Both the position numbers and the translations under genes were made by a program. From Candidatus Poribacteria bacterium (lineage in GTDB: Bacteria; Poribacteria; WGA-4E; WGA-3G): 64,000 nt of DNA. Numbering within the stretch: the stretch's first letter is position 1; every line of letters starts with the position of its first letter. Under the pieces are notes generated by a model that saw only the letters and a program-made list of their open reading frames with translations, was not told the DNA's origin and did not search any database. Where the stretch lies: the NCBI GenBank assembly GCA_964291315.2, contig OZ219752.1, forward strand, positions 64,001 to 128,000, written 5' to 3'. Positions 20,331 to 30,641 of the stretch are shown one piece after another.

Positions 20331-22394
20331 CTATTGTAGCAGCTGCACAAGCTCCTCGACATCCGTGGTTGGCGCTTGACAGACGTAATTCTCACAGACA
20401 TACGCCGTTGCAGTGTCGTTAATTTGGGTCCTACCAGCGAGGAGCGGTAGTGTTTGCCCATCAGCAGACTCACTCAAGGCGACGATTTTGTTCGGTTGAT
20501 AGATGCTGTGCACCGCCGCTAACATAGATTCCGTTCTGACATCGCCTCTTTTGCCAACAATCACAACCTCTTTCGGTGTGGACAGTAGGAAGGCTAGCTC
20601 ACAGAGGAGTTGACCTGATCCGGATGGCATCCCTTCTATCTGATGGCAGTAAAGTCGCAGTGTCTCAACGGCTTTGTCGTGGAATTCAGGGGCATCAAGA
20701 TGTTTGGCTAGTCGCAGTAGACTGTGGATCGCCATGGACGCGCCAGAAGGCGCAGCACCGTCATAAGCAGATTTCGATTGGACGATGAGCGTTTCGTGCG
20801 CTTTACCGGTGGAGAAGAAGCCTGCACCCGTGTCGTCTTCGAACTGTTCGATCATAAGGGACGCAAGACGCTCGGCTTCCGTGAGCCATCTAGGTTCAAA
20901 ACTGGCTTCGTAGAGTGCGATCAACCCGGCAATGAAATAGGAGTAGTCTTCAAGATATGCGTTAAGGTGGCTCTTGCCATCACGATAGGTGCGTAAGAGC
21001 AGCCCACTGTCTTGGGTGAGCGTCGTCAAGACGAATTCAGCAGATTTTTCGCATGCTTCAAGGTATGCAAGCTTCCCTGTCAGTTGGTATCCGATCGCCA
21101 TACCGCGAATCATAAGACCGTTCCAACTGGTTAGGACTTTGTCGTCCAACCCGGGTTTAATCCGTTTTTCTCTCTCCTCAAATAGTTTTTGTTTTCCATT
21201 TGCAAGGAGAGCTTCCAGTTCTGCAACATCCATACGCAGCTTTCGAGCAAAAACATCAGGTGCGGTTTGGATGTGAAGGATGTTTTCTCCTTCAAAGTTG
21301 CCTTGTGGCGTGATGTCGTAATACTCACAGAAGATTTCGGCATTTTCTTCTCCGATGATGGCTTCCACGTCGTTTGGTTCCCAGACGAAGAATTTACCCT
21401 CTACACCTTCGCTATCGGCATCTTGGGTGGAATAGAACCCCCCGTTTTCAGCGTCGTACATCTCACGAAGGACATAATCAAGCGTTTCCACGGCTATGTC
21501 CCGGTAGAAGGGCTTTTGGGTGGCTTGATACGCTTCAAAATAAGCAACGACGAGTTGGGCATTGTCGTAGAGCATCTTCTCGAAGTGTGGAACCAGCCAA
21601 TGGGCGTCGGTAGAGTATCGGTGGAAACCGCCGCCGATTTGGTCATACAGGCCCCCACGTGCCATCTTCTCCAATGTTAGCTCTACCATCTCCAAGGCGT
21701 TCGGGTTGCCACTATGGTGCCAATAGCGAAGTAGGAAAGGCAATCCCATACTAGGCGGGAATTTCGGAGCATTACCGAATCCGCCGTGCTGCGCATCGAA
21801 TTGAGACCTGTAGTTTTGAAACGCCTGAGTCATGAGTTCTTCAGTAAGCTCATGGGAGTGTGGATCGGCAACGTTGCTTATCTGCGCGAGACGTGTTGTG
21901 ATTTGCTCCGCTTGCTGCAGCACTTGTGTTTTCTGACCGCTGAACGCCTCTGCCACAGCGTGCATCACTTTCGGAAATCCGGGTCTGCCATATCGATCGG
22001 CCGGCGGATAATAGGTTCCGCCGTAGAAAGGTTTAAGATCCGGAGTGAGGAAAACAGTCATGGGCCAGCCACCTTGACGTGCCATCATCTGGACCGCATT
22101 CATGTAGATTTCATCTAAATCCGGACGTTCTTCTCTGTCTACCTTGATGTTGACGAAAAGTTTGTTCATGACCGCAGCGATCTCTTCGTTTTCAAAGGAT
22201 TCACGTTCCATGACGTGGCACCAATGGCATGCAGAGTAGCCGATACTCAAGAGGATCGGTTTTTGCTCCTGCTGGGCGCGTGCCAAGGCTTCCTCGCCCC
22301 ACGGATACCAATCCACCGGGTTGTGCGCATGCTGGAGTAGATAGGGGCTTGTTTCATGGATAAGTCGGTTCGTGTGTTTTGGGGTGTCGTGCAT
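20331..22394 (-). CDS. thioredoxin-domain / six-hairpin glycosidase-like protein (YyaL/SSP411 family)
   Basis: [37 protein letters not shown] and [11 protein letters not shown] motifs. Confidence 0.93.
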   Translation of the reverse strand: MHDTPKHTNRLIHETSPYLLQHAHNPVDWYPWGEEALARAQQEQKPILLSIGYSACHWCHVMERESFENEEIAAVMNKLFVNIKVDREERPDLDEIYMNAVQMMARQGGWPMTVFLTPDLKPFYGGTYYPPADRYGRPGFPKVMHAVAEAFSGQKTQVLQQAEQITTRLAQISNVADPHSHELTEELMTQAFQNYRSQFDAQHGGFGNAPKFPPSMGLPFLLRYWHHSGNPNALEMVELTLEKMARGGLYDQIGGGFHRYSTDAHWLVPHFEKMLYDNAQLVVAYFEAYQATQKPFYRDIAVETLDYVLREMYDAENGGFYSTQDADSEGVEGKFFVWEPNDVEAIIGEENAEIFCEYYDITPQGNFEGENILHIQTAPDVFARKLRMDVAELEALLANGKQKLFEEREKRIKPGLDDKVLTSWNGLMIRGMAIGYQLTGKLAYLEACEKSAEFVLTTLTQDSGLLLRTYRDGKSHLNAYLEDYSYFIAGLIALYEASFEPRWLTEAERLASLMIEQFEDDTGAGFFSTGKAHETLIVQSKSAYDGAAPSGASMAIHSLLRLAKHLDAPEFHDKAVETLRLYCHQIEGMPSGSGQLLCELAFLLSTPKEVVIVGKRGDVRTESMLAAVHSIYQPNKIVALSESADGQTLPLLAGRTQINDTATAYVCENYVCQAPTTDVEELVQLLQ

Positions 22395-22472
22395 CAGTTT
22401 TTCTCCAGCATTATAAGGGTGAGGTTGACGTTATTATAAAGTATCCGGATCCTCTAAATCAGATAAATCAGA

Positions 22473-22544
22473 TACCGCTACGGGGATTCGAACCCCGGTT
22501 TGGTGGCTGAGAACCACCCGTCCTAACCCCTAGACGATAGCGGC
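22473..22544 (-). tRNA. tRNA-Glu (anticodon CTC)
   Basis: GCCGCTATCGTCTAGGGGTTAGGACGGGTGGTT-CTC-AGCCACCAAACCGGGGTTCGAATCCCCGTAGCGGTA folds as a cloverleaf; CCA not encoded. Confidence 0.95.
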
Positions 22545-22566
22545 ACATTGATATAACAGAAAAAAA

Positions 22567-22637
22567 CTGCCCGAGAAGGACTCGAACCTTCACTACGTGG
22601 TCCAGAGCCACGCGTCCTACCATTAGACGATCGGGCA
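22567..22637 (-). tRNA. tRNA-Gln (anticodon CTG)
   Basis: TGCCCGATCGTCTAATGGTAGGACGCGTGGCT-CTG-GACCACGTAGTGAAGGTTCGAGTCCTTCTCGGGCAG folds as a cloverleaf. Confidence 0.95.
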
Positions 22638-22658
22638 TCTATACCTGCTGCTCCTTTA

Positions 22659-22687
22659 AGTATACCTTAAACACGAAGGCTTGTCAA
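22659..22687 (-). promoter_or_regulatory. sigma70 promoter of the tRNA-Gln/tRNA-Glu pair
   Basis: TTGACA-17 bp-TATACT on the minus strand, 22 bp upstream of tRNA-Gln. Confidence 0.8.
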
Positions 22688-22720
22688 TCTTTTCACTCGT
22701 CTGAATTCTGCGACTCAGAC

Positions 22721-23995
22721 TCAGCGGGATACGGGCTTCACACAACGGAACCCGACGCCAGAGGTCATGTAACCTGGCGACGTACCAGTGTAGCGATAGC
22801 TGACCCGCAATTGTCTTACTTCTGCGCCCCACCCGCCGCCGCGGAAGATGCGCTGAGACACAATATCTGTATAGTTATCTAATAACCACCTGATACTGGG
22901 TGCACCCGATAGAGGGTTATAGGTAGGAGAAACCGAATAGAAGTCGTATATCGCCTCATCCAAACACCATTCAGCGACATTCCCCGCCATATCATACAGA
23001 CGATACCCATTCGCCGCATAACTCCCTACCGGTGTCTTGTAACCGACATTATTGCCGTAGTTCGCACGCGTCCTGTCAATCGTGTCGCCCCAAGGATAAT
23101 CGCGTCCCGATAGTCCGCCGCGGGCGGCATATTCCCACTCCGCCTCGGTAGGGAGTCGCTTGCCTGCCCATCTGGCGTATGCCATCGCACCATACCAACT
23201 CACATAACCAACTGGATGGTCCGCATATCCAGCCTTCACACGATACACACCGTCTACTAACTCAATGACCCCTCTGCCGATATCCAAATAGGTCCTCAAA
23301 TAGGTCTTGCCGGCATCGACATGTTTACCAATGGCATTCAAAAACGCAGCGTATTTGGCATTCGTTACCTCGTGTATATCCATGTAAAATGAATCTACGT
23401 AGACAGTATGGACGGGCTGCTCACCCGGATAAGAATCTGCATCGTTCCTGCCCATCTCAAACTCGCCCGCAGGAATTAATACCATGCCTGCAGGAGCCGA
23501 CAGAGGACCACCCACACGCACCCAAGCTGAAGTGACCGACACTTTAGAACCGCCCGAATGCTTCATAAAACCTGTCTTCTGAACCAACGCCTTCCGAGAA
23601 CCGCTCACATAACTCAAATCAGACGACCTCACAGAGGCACCTATCTTATCAGATGCTATCGTAAACGAATAATACGGATTAACCCAAAAGTCAAACGTAG
23701 ACGTGCTCCTCTCCGGTTTTATCGCTACACCCGAACGCGAGATACGGAAATAGATGCTGTTATCTGACCACGCATAAAACTTTCGCGTTTCACCCGGCAA
23801 CAGACGATAATACCCGCGCGTCCGAAACCCGCTCGGAATATCGTCCTTTGCAGGCCGCCATGTCGAATGAATCACATACAAATGCTTATTTGTCTTGTTG
23901 GTCATAAGGGTCGCTTTCCATTGTGCCTCTGCTAACTGAGCAACTGCAAACATAAGCATGGCAAGAATGGATAGGGCGAATACACTTCTGCGCAT
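22721..23995 (-). CDS. secreted FGE-sulfatase (SUMF1 / C-type lectin fold) domain protein with N-terminal beta domain (DUF1036-like)
   Basis: Signal peptide; GMVLIPAGEFEMG, EVTNA, RLPTEAEWEYAARGG, DMAGNVAEW, RGGGW and GFRC motifs. Confidence 0.88.
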   Translation of the reverse strand: MRRSVFALSILAMLMFAVAQLAEAQWKATLMTNKTNKHLYVIHSTWRPAKDDIPSGFRTRGYYRLLPGETRKFYAWSDNSIYFRISRSGVAIKPERSTSTFDFWVNPYYSFTIASDKIGASVRSSDLSYVSGSRKALVQKTGFMKHSGGSKVSVTSAWVRVGGPLSAPAGMVLIPAGEFEMGRNDADSYPGEQPVHTVYVDSFYMDIHEVTNAKYAAFLNAIGKHVDAGKTYLRTYLDIGRGVIELVDGVYRVKAGYADHPVGYVSWYGAMAYARWAGKRLPTEAEWEYAARGGLSGRDYPWGDTIDRTRANYGNNVGYKTPVGSYAANGYRLYDMAGNVAEWCLDEAIYDFYSVSPTYNPLSGAPSIRWLLDNYTDIVSQRIFRGGGWGAEVRQLRVSYRYTGTSPGYMTSGVGFRCVKPVSR

Positions 23996-24154
23996 TTTAG
24001 ATCTCCTTTTTGTTTTCTAGGTTATGTTACGGCACACAACACATGCCTATTCCCTTTCACACCTAATTTATTATCAATACTTTGCGGGTCACACCGCACG
24101 AGACTTGCTACGGTAGCCCCCCTGTGCCTGATGTTCCCACATCAACTTAAATGC

Positions 24155-25645
24155 CTACTGCATCGGTATGACCGAGACCGAGATATTGGAGAGCGTATAG
24201 AAGATATTAATGAACCCGATGAGGATTGTTGGAATAACAAAAATGCTCAAGAGAGCAAAGGTGCCGGTGGAAAAGGAGGGGCGCGGGGTTTCCTCACCAG
24301 AATCTTCAAGATACATCGCTTTCACAATCCGAGCGTAATAATAGAGCGAAACAACACTATTGATCAGACCGATAAATGCCAGCCAGTAATACCCTTGTTC
24401 CAGAACAGCAGCAAAGAGGAGCCATTTTCCGAAGAAGCCGGCAAAGGGCGGGATACCCGTTAGTGAAAACAGGAAAATCGCCATTGCTCCGGCGACTAAC
24501 GGCGCACGTGAGGCGAGCCCGCGATACCCTTCAATCATCTCGCTACCTTCCTCATTCGCAATGAGGACCACCACATAAAAAGCTCCTAAGTTCATAAAGA
24601 GATAAACAATGAGGTAGAAGAGGATCGCCCCAACCCCCTCAGATGTGAGCAAAACGCCCCCCATCAATAGATACCCACCGTGGGCGATGCTTGAATATGC
24701 CAATAGACGTTTCACGTTCTGTTGAGGGAGCGCCGCGAGGTTTCCGACGCTCATCGTCAGAGCGGAGACGATCGCTAACATGAGCGTCCAGTCAACGGAT
24801 TGCATGACTTCAGAACTACTGAATCCCGAATAGAAGAACCTAATGAACAAGGCAAATCCAGCGGATTTTGAGGCAACCGATAAGAACGCGGTTATCGGGA
24901 TAGGTGCCCCCTCGTAAACATCAGGAGACCACATGTGGAAAGGCACGGAAGCTATCTTATAGCCGACACCGGCGAGGATGAAAATTATTGCAATTAAGAG
25001 AGCTAGCGGATACACTTCGCCTGTTGCCAACAATTCAGTGAGATTTGCGCTAATTTGTACAAGATCCCCAGTGCCTGTCAGACCGAACAAAAGAGAAAGT
25101 CCGAACAGCATCGTCCCAGAGGCAACCGCACCGTAGGTGATGTACTTGAATGCGGCTTCGCTTGAACGCGGGCTATGTGTCAGAAACCCAGCGAGAATGT
25201 AGGAGGTCAAACTCACAGTTTCCAACGAAATGAATATCATCAGCAGGTTGGTTGAAGATGTCATCAAGAACATTCCGAGGGTGATCGCTAACAAGAGTGC
25301 GTAGTACTCGCCCTTCAACCGGCCATCGAGTTCATCGGAACGAAAAGAAAAAAGAATGGTTGCGGCGGTCGCCATCAACAATAGGATCTTAAAAAATGTA
25401 GAAAAAACATCGAGCCGAATCATCCCTAAAAAGAGGGAGACAGATTTTTCTTCACCCAGTTGGGCGTGCGTGACAAGAACTGCGATGAACACACAGCCGA
25501 TACCTACGAGCGAGATATAGGCAACTGCGGCACTCTCTCTGTTTTTCACACCGAGATCGATGAGAACAACGGCGATGGCAAAAAGGACTAACAAGAGTTC
25601 TGGACTGAAATAGAGAAGGCTTTCGATATTGCTTAAAGGTTGCAT
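24155..25645 (-). CDS. nuoN: NADH-quinone oxidoreductase subunit N
   Basis: EAAFKY, KIASVPFHMWSPDVYEGAP, KRLLAYSSIAH and LTGIPP motifs; alternative TTG start at 25654. Confidence 0.95.
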   Translation of the reverse strand: MQPLSNIESLLYFSPELLLVLFAIAVVLIDLGVKNRESAAVAYISLVGIGCVFIAVLVTHAQLGEEKSVSLFLGMIRLDVFSTFFKILLLMATAATILFSFRSDELDGRLKGEYYALLLAITLGMFLMTSSTNLLMIFISLETVSLTSYILAGFLTHSPRSSEAAFKYITYGAVASGTMLFGLSLLFGLTGTGDLVQISANLTELLATGEVYPLALLIAIIFILAGVGYKIASVPFHMWSPDVYEGAPIPITAFLSVASKSAGFALFIRFFYSGFSSSEVMQSVDWTLMLAIVSALTMSVGNLAALPQQNVKRLLAYSSIAHGGYLLMGGVLLTSEGVGAILFYLIVYLFMNLGAFYVVVLIANEEGSEMIEGYRGLASRAPLVAGAMAIFLFSLTGIPPFAGFFGKWLLFAAVLEQGYYWLAFIGLINSVVSLYYYARIVKAMYLEDSGEETPRPSFSTGTFALLSIFVIPTILIGFINIFYTLSNISVSVIPMQ

Positions 25646-25661
25646 ACCTGACAAAAACCTC

Positions 25662-27173
25662 CTATATCGCCTGTAGAACGTTTACGAGGTTGGTAACAGA
25701 CTCTCTGAACATATCAATAGCGAAATTGGGCCAAATACCGAGCACGATTGTTAGAATTCCGAGCGGTGCCAACGTCAAAATTTCGCGTCCGTTTATTTCG
25801 GGGAGTGCTTCGTACTTCGGGTTGAGTGTCCCTAAGAAAACCCGCTGGAGCGTCCAGAGGAAATAGGCTGCACCAACAACAATACCTATTGTTGATAAGA
25901 TAGTCAGCATCTTGAATTTGTCATAAGCACCGAGTAAAGAGAGCGCCTCTCCGACGAATCCGCTCAAGCCGGGCAGCCCCAAAGATGCCATGAATGCAAG
26001 CGTGGTAATGCCGGTATAAACAGGCATTTTTGCGCCGAGACCACCGAACCCATTAATCTCACGATGATGTGCCCTGTCGTAGAGAACACCGACGAGCAAA
26101 AAGAGCATCCCACTGATAACCCCGTGGTTGAACATTTGCAGAATCGCGCCCGTGATACCTTCCGTATTTCGAGCAGCGAGCCCCAAAATGACGAAGCCCA
26201 TGTGTCCGATGCTCGAATATGCCACTAATTTCTTGAAATCGGTCTGGGCCAAAGCACAAAAAGAACCATAGACGATATTAATGAATCCTAGAAGAGCTAA
26301 GCTATTGCCCCAGGGGCCAGTCCCGTTGCAGAAAAAGTCCATACCTTGTGGGAACATTGCCATGTTAATCCTCACAAGTCCGTAGGTTCCCATTTTCAGG
26401 AGGATGCCTGCAAGAATAACGCTAATTGCTGTCGGGGCTTCAACGTGTGCATCAGGGAGCCAGGTATGGAAAGGGAAGATAGGCACCTTAACGGCAAATC
26501 CTATAAAGAAGCCGAGGAAAACCCAGATTTGGAAATTTAAGTTGTTCAGGGCATGTCCTTCCGTAGCAGCTAAGGTAACAAGCGTAGGTATGTCAAATGT
26601 CCGCGCGCCCGGGGCTCCACTGTTGAGATAGACTGCAATCATCGCAACCAGCATCAATACACTACCGAAAAGCGTATACAGAAAAAATTTAATTGCCGCA
26701 TATTCACGACGCGGGCCGCCCCACACACCGATAAGGAAATACATCGGCAAGAGGGTGAGTTCGAAAAAGACGTAAAAGAGGAAAAGATCTAACGCAGCGA
26801 AAAAACCTAACATGCCAGTCTCAAGCAATAGGAACAGTGCCATATATGCTTTGATGCCTTTTTCGATGTTGCGCCAAGAAGCGATGACACAGATAGGACC
26901 TAAGAGAGCGGTGAGAAGCAGAAGCGTTACACTGAGACCATCGATACCGATATGGTATCGGATATTAAATGCCTCAATCCAAGGGATATTGACGACGTAC
27001 TGCGTTCCTGCAGCCGAGCGGTCGTACGATATGAATAAAGCAACAGCGAGTGCAAGCGGAACGAGCGTAAAGAAGAGCGTAACACGTTTAATGAGTTCCT
27101 CCGACTCGCGCGGCAACAGTAAAACAGCAATCATCCCGAGCAACGGGATAAAAATCATTAGCGACAATAACAT
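25662..27173 (-). CDS. nuoM: NADH-quinone oxidoreductase subunit M
   Basis: GIDGLS, AAIKFFLYT, FPFHTWLPDAHVEAPT and GLPGLSGFVGE motifs. Confidence 0.96.
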   Translation of the reverse strand: MLLSLMIFIPLLGMIAVLLLPRESEELIKRVTLFFTLVPLALAVALFISYDRSAAGTQYVVNIPWIEAFNIRYHIGIDGLSVTLLLLTALLGPICVIASWRNIEKGIKAYMALFLLLETGMLGFFAALDLFLFYVFFELTLLPMYFLIGVWGGPRREYAAIKFFLYTLFGSVLMLVAMIAVYLNSGAPGARTFDIPTLVTLAATEGHALNNLNFQIWVFLGFFIGFAVKVPIFPFHTWLPDAHVEAPTAISVILAGILLKMGTYGLVRINMAMFPQGMDFFCNGTGPWGNSLALLGFINIVYGSFCALAQTDFKKLVAYSSIGHMGFVILGLAARNTEGITGAILQMFNHGVISGMLFLLVGVLYDRAHHREINGFGGLGAKMPVYTGITTLAFMASLGLPGLSGFVGEALSLLGAYDKFKMLTILSTIGIVVGAAYFLWTLQRVFLGTLNPKYEALPEINGREILTLAPLGILTIVLGIWPNFAIDMFRESVTNLVNVLQAI

Positions 27174-27197
27174 CTCGTAGGGAGCCTCCTTATCCCA

Positions 27198-27371
27198 TCA
27201 CCGGAAAATCAAATAGACGACAAACAAAAATATTGGCACTAGAATCCGACAGAGTATAAGAAATATCTCTGCTCTCTTACGCCGCGTTTCGCGGTTCGGA
27301 TGGCAGGAAACAACCCAAACCATAGCAGAACTCAGCAGCGGTAAAAACGGAAACAGTTTAAGCAATACCAT
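27198..27371 (-). CDS. small 2-TM hypothetical protein inside the nuo operon
   Basis: 57 aa MVLLKLFPFLPLLSSAMVWVV...ILVPIFLFVVYLIFR; ATG 11 bp after the nuoL stop with a taagga RBS; fills the nuoL-nuoM gap. Confidence 0.55.
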   Translation of the reverse strand: MVLLKLFPFLPLLSSAMVWVVSCHPNRETRRKRAEIFLILCRILVPIFLFVVYLIFR

Positions 27372-27382
27372 AGAGTTTATCC

Positions 27383-29572
27383 TTACAACACCCGGAAAAC
27401 TAAGATTAACAACACTATTCCTGCCAGCACAACGAAAAGGTAAGTCTGAATCGCCCCGGTCTGGATCCGACGAACTCTTCCACCGACCGACCATGTCACC
27501 TCGGCAACTCGATTGACAAGCCCATCAACGACGTGGTTATCAAAAATGCTAACAAGTACAGCAAGAACATCGCGCGTCGCCCTCCCCACACTGTTGACGA
27601 TGCCGTCAACGATCGTCTCATCGAAGCGGGCGAAGAGTCTCGATTTCCAGACTGTCAAGGCGACTAAAACACCGTTGTAGAACTCGTCAAAATAGTATTT
27701 ATGCCAGAAAAGATTATAAAGCGGTCGGAAAGTCGTTGCGACGGATTCGGCAGACAAGCTCCGTCTATGATAGAACAACCAGGACAGGAATATACCTAAC
27801 CCTGCAACGACGATAGATAACATCATCGCGATGGTATGCGCAGGACTATGTCCATGATGTGCGTCATCTCCGTGTGCACCATGTGTGTCGGATTCGCCTT
27901 CTTCCGCTGCAACGGCTTCAGAAATCCCAAAAAGTGAAAACGGACTAACCGATTCACTGACTTTGCTGTCTGGAGACACACGAGCATGTGTCGGGGCATG
28001 GAGATGGAGTTGCTCTGGCGGTTTAACGTAGCCAACGTTGAACCAGAGCGTGTTGACGATTGGGAAACTCAGCACAGCCAAGACAACGAGAGGGAAAGTC
28101 ATCGTCTTGGGCGACTCATGTGCCACGGCGTGCATCTCCTGGTTTCGCGGTTTGCCAAAAAAAGTCATAAAGATTAGACGGAACATATAGAACGCGGTAA
28201 TTCCAGCAGCAAAGAGTGCCATACCGAATAGCACATAATGATGAACAGAGTTCCATTGCATCGCGCGATCTAACACGCCCGCTAAAATCGCGTCCTTACT
28301 CCAGAAACCTGAGAAGATAAACGGGACACCAGAAATAGACAACGTTGCAATGAGCATCGTTATGAAAGTAATAGGCATCTTATGCCGTAGACCACCCATG
28401 TTCCGCATATCTTGGTCCGGCGGAATATCAGAACCGAGAACGGGTTCTGAACCGTGATTCGCACCGTGTTCATGCCCGTGGGCATCGGTGTGCATTGCAT
28501 GAAACGCGTGGATAACACTGCCAGAACCAAGAAACAACAAGGCTTTGAAGAAAGCGTGAGTTGTAAGGTGAAAAAGCCCCGCGACATAACTACCCGCGCC
28601 AATGCCAAGCATCATATATCCGAGTTGGCTGACAGTAGAATATGCTAAGACTCGCTTGATGTCAAAGCGAACCATAGCAATAGTTGCAGCAATAAGTGCG
28701 GTAATACCACCGACATAAGCAATTATCAGAGACGAGGTTTCTGTCAAGATTGGGAACATCCGGGCAGTGAGATAGACACCGGCGGCAACCATCGTCGCGG
28801 CATGAATCAACGCACTGACGGGTGTAGGACCTTCCATCGCATCCGGAAGCCACGTATGGAGGGGCATCTGTGCGGATTTCCCGACAGCACCACAAAACAC
28901 AAGAACACCGGCAGTAGAGAGCCATATCATATCGCCTGTGCTTAATTGAGATGCAGCTTGGGCGAAGATGCCGCCTTCACCGTAGAGTGAGAGCGTGTCG
29001 AATTTGGTAAAAAGCATCATCATACCGATAAACATACCGACATCACCCACACGTGTCGTCAAGAACGCTTTTTTACATGCATTCGCAGCCGAGTCCTTTT
29101 CAAACCAGAAACCGATGAGCAGATAAGAGCAGAGCCCAACGAGTTCCCAGCCGATATAGATACCGAGTAGGTTATCTGATACGACTAAGAAGAGCATCGA
29201 AAAGGAGAAAAGCGAAAGGAAAGCAAAAAAGCGTGGGTACCTCGGATCACCGTGCATGTAACCTATAGAGAAAATATGGACAAGGCTACTGACGAGCGTG
29301 ACAACAATCAGCATGATTGCGGTGACACTATCAAGGTAAAAGCCCATCGAGAAGGTAACGCTGCCGAGCGAAAGCCACTGAACAGTATGGGAGGCTGGAT
29401 CAGGTACTACCTCTCGCAAGAGCAAAAGCGAGCAAACGAGCGCAATGAGCATTGCTGCCGTAGATAGGTAGTCCTGCCGGGGCACGCTCCGCTTCGCTAA
29501 GCCTGAAAGCCCGAAGGTTGCAAAGGCAGCAAGCGGACAGAGCAAGATGAGACTTATTAAAGGTACAACCAT
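27383..29572 (-). CDS. nuoL: NADH-quinone oxidoreductase subunit L
   Basis: GKSAQMPLHTWLPDAMEGPTPVSALIHAATMV and HAFFKALLFL motifs; His-rich inserts. Confidence 0.96.
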   Translation of the reverse strand: MVVPLISLILLCPLAAFATFGLSGLAKRSVPRQDYLSTAAMLIALVCSLLLLREVVPDPASHTVQWLSLGSVTFSMGFYLDSVTAIMLIVVTLVSSLVHIFSIGYMHGDPRYPRFFAFLSLFSFSMLFLVVSDNLLGIYIGWELVGLCSYLLIGFWFEKDSAANACKKAFLTTRVGDVGMFIGMMMLFTKFDTLSLYGEGGIFAQAASQLSTGDMIWLSTAGVLVFCGAVGKSAQMPLHTWLPDAMEGPTPVSALIHAATMVAAGVYLTARMFPILTETSSLIIAYVGGITALIAATIAMVRFDIKRVLAYSTVSQLGYMMLGIGAGSYVAGLFHLTTHAFFKALLFLGSGSVIHAFHAMHTDAHGHEHGANHGSEPVLGSDIPPDQDMRNMGGLRHKMPITFITMLIATLSISGVPFIFSGFWSKDAILAGVLDRAMQWNSVHHYVLFGMALFAAGITAFYMFRLIFMTFFGKPRNQEMHAVAHESPKTMTFPLVVLAVLSFPIVNTLWFNVGYVKPPEQLHLHAPTHARVSPDSKVSESVSPFSLFGISEAVAAEEGESDTHGAHGDDAHHGHSPAHTIAMMLSIVVAGLGIFLSWLFYHRRSLSAESVATTFRPLYNLFWHKYYFDEFYNGVLVALTVWKSRLFARFDETIVDGIVNSVGRATRDVLAVLVSIFDNHVVDGLVNRVAEVTWSVGGRVRRIQTGAIQTYLFVVLAGIVLLILVFRVL

Positions 29573-29677
29573 ACTTTCTATTTTTGAGCCTTTCTATTCT
29601 TTTTGAGTTACCCGGTCTCGACTAGCGTTTAAGAGAGCGTTGATAATCGGGGAACCTCTTGATAACAGACAACTATT

Positions 29678-29986
29678 TTAACCTTTTAGAGTATCCACTT
29701 CGTTAGGACGGATGCTACCGAATTCGCGGTAGATAGCGAGAATGATTGCTAGAAAGACAGCGGCCTCTGCGGCAGCAAGCACGATCCCAAAAATAGCGAT
29801 AATTTGTCCACTGATGTCCTCTGGCGGTGTCCTAAAATGCGAAAACGCCGCGAAGTTAAGATTGCATGAGTTCAAAATAAGTTCAATTCCCATCAAAATA
29901 CTGATAGCATTCCGGCGAGTCAAAACGGCAAAGATACCGAGCGTAAATAGAAGCGCGCTAACAACAAGATAGTGTTGTAAGGTCAT
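29678..29986 (-). CDS. nuoK: NADH-quinone oxidoreductase subunit K
   Basis: RRN..ILMGIELILN and AAAEAAV motifs; 3 TM. Confidence 0.95.
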   Translation of the reverse strand: MTLQHYLVVSALLFTLGIFAVLTRRNAISILMGIELILNSCNLNFAAFSHFRTPPEDISGQIIAIFGIVLAAAEAAVFLAIILAIYREFGSIRPNEVDTLKG

Positions 29987-30505
29987 TTAGTCCCTAACCT
30001 CCTTTCGAGAAATCAGGGCGGCTCCGATTAAAGCGACTAATAATAGGACAGAGACGACCTCAAACGGGAGAAGAAAGGGACCATTGAGAATCAGTTCCCC
30101 GATACGTTCAGTTGTTGGTGGAAGCTCGGTACCATCATCACTAAGGTTCTTCCAGGCAGGGGTATTCGCAATAACCGTCAAGAGCAGCATCAGCAACGTC
30201 AAGGCAATCACACCGCCCAATAAGAGCTGCCCACGCTCAATATGGATTCGCATCTCCAAGCGCCCACTTGTCATCATGACTCCAAATAGAATCAAAACCA
30301 GGATACCACCGACGTAAACAATTACCTGCGTTGCAGCAAGAAAATCCGCCTGTAGGAAGACGTAAAGTCCAGCAACACCAAAGAGCGTTACCATGAGCGA
30401 GAAGGCCGCATGGACGATGTTTCGCACCGTGACAACAACAAGCGCTGAGGCGATTGTCATAAGTGCGAAACCGTAAAAAATAAAAGTTTTAAGTGTAAAT
30501 TCCAT
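29987..30505 (-). CDS. nuoJ: NADH-quinone oxidoreductase subunit J
   Basis: QVIVYVGGILVLILF and LPFEVVSVLLLVALIGA motifs. Confidence 0.95.
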   Translation of the reverse strand: MEFTLKTFIFYGFALMTIASALVVVTVRNIVHAAFSLMVTLFGVAGLYVFLQADFLAATQVIVYVGGILVLILFGVMMTSGRLEMRIHIERGQLLLGGVIALTLLMLLLTVIANTPAWKNLSDDGTELPPTTERIGELILNGPFLLPFEVVSVLLLVALIGAALISRKEVRD

Positions 30506-30641
30506 TTTTAAACTAGCAAAAGCGAATTATCAAGGTTCTTTGACATGCTGATCCTTTGCTTAGGTCCGCACTGCAGTCGTTGTTGCAGTGTCACTAGCTT
30601 TAGGCATTTTTTGTAGTTCTCTCAGCCACATCGTGAATGAA

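Noticed and set aside
18249-22637. tRNA-anchored genomic island containing the ATPase pair
   Set aside because: No integrase, no duplicated tRNA 3' end found by eye, and a housekeeping YyaL-family gene lies between them.
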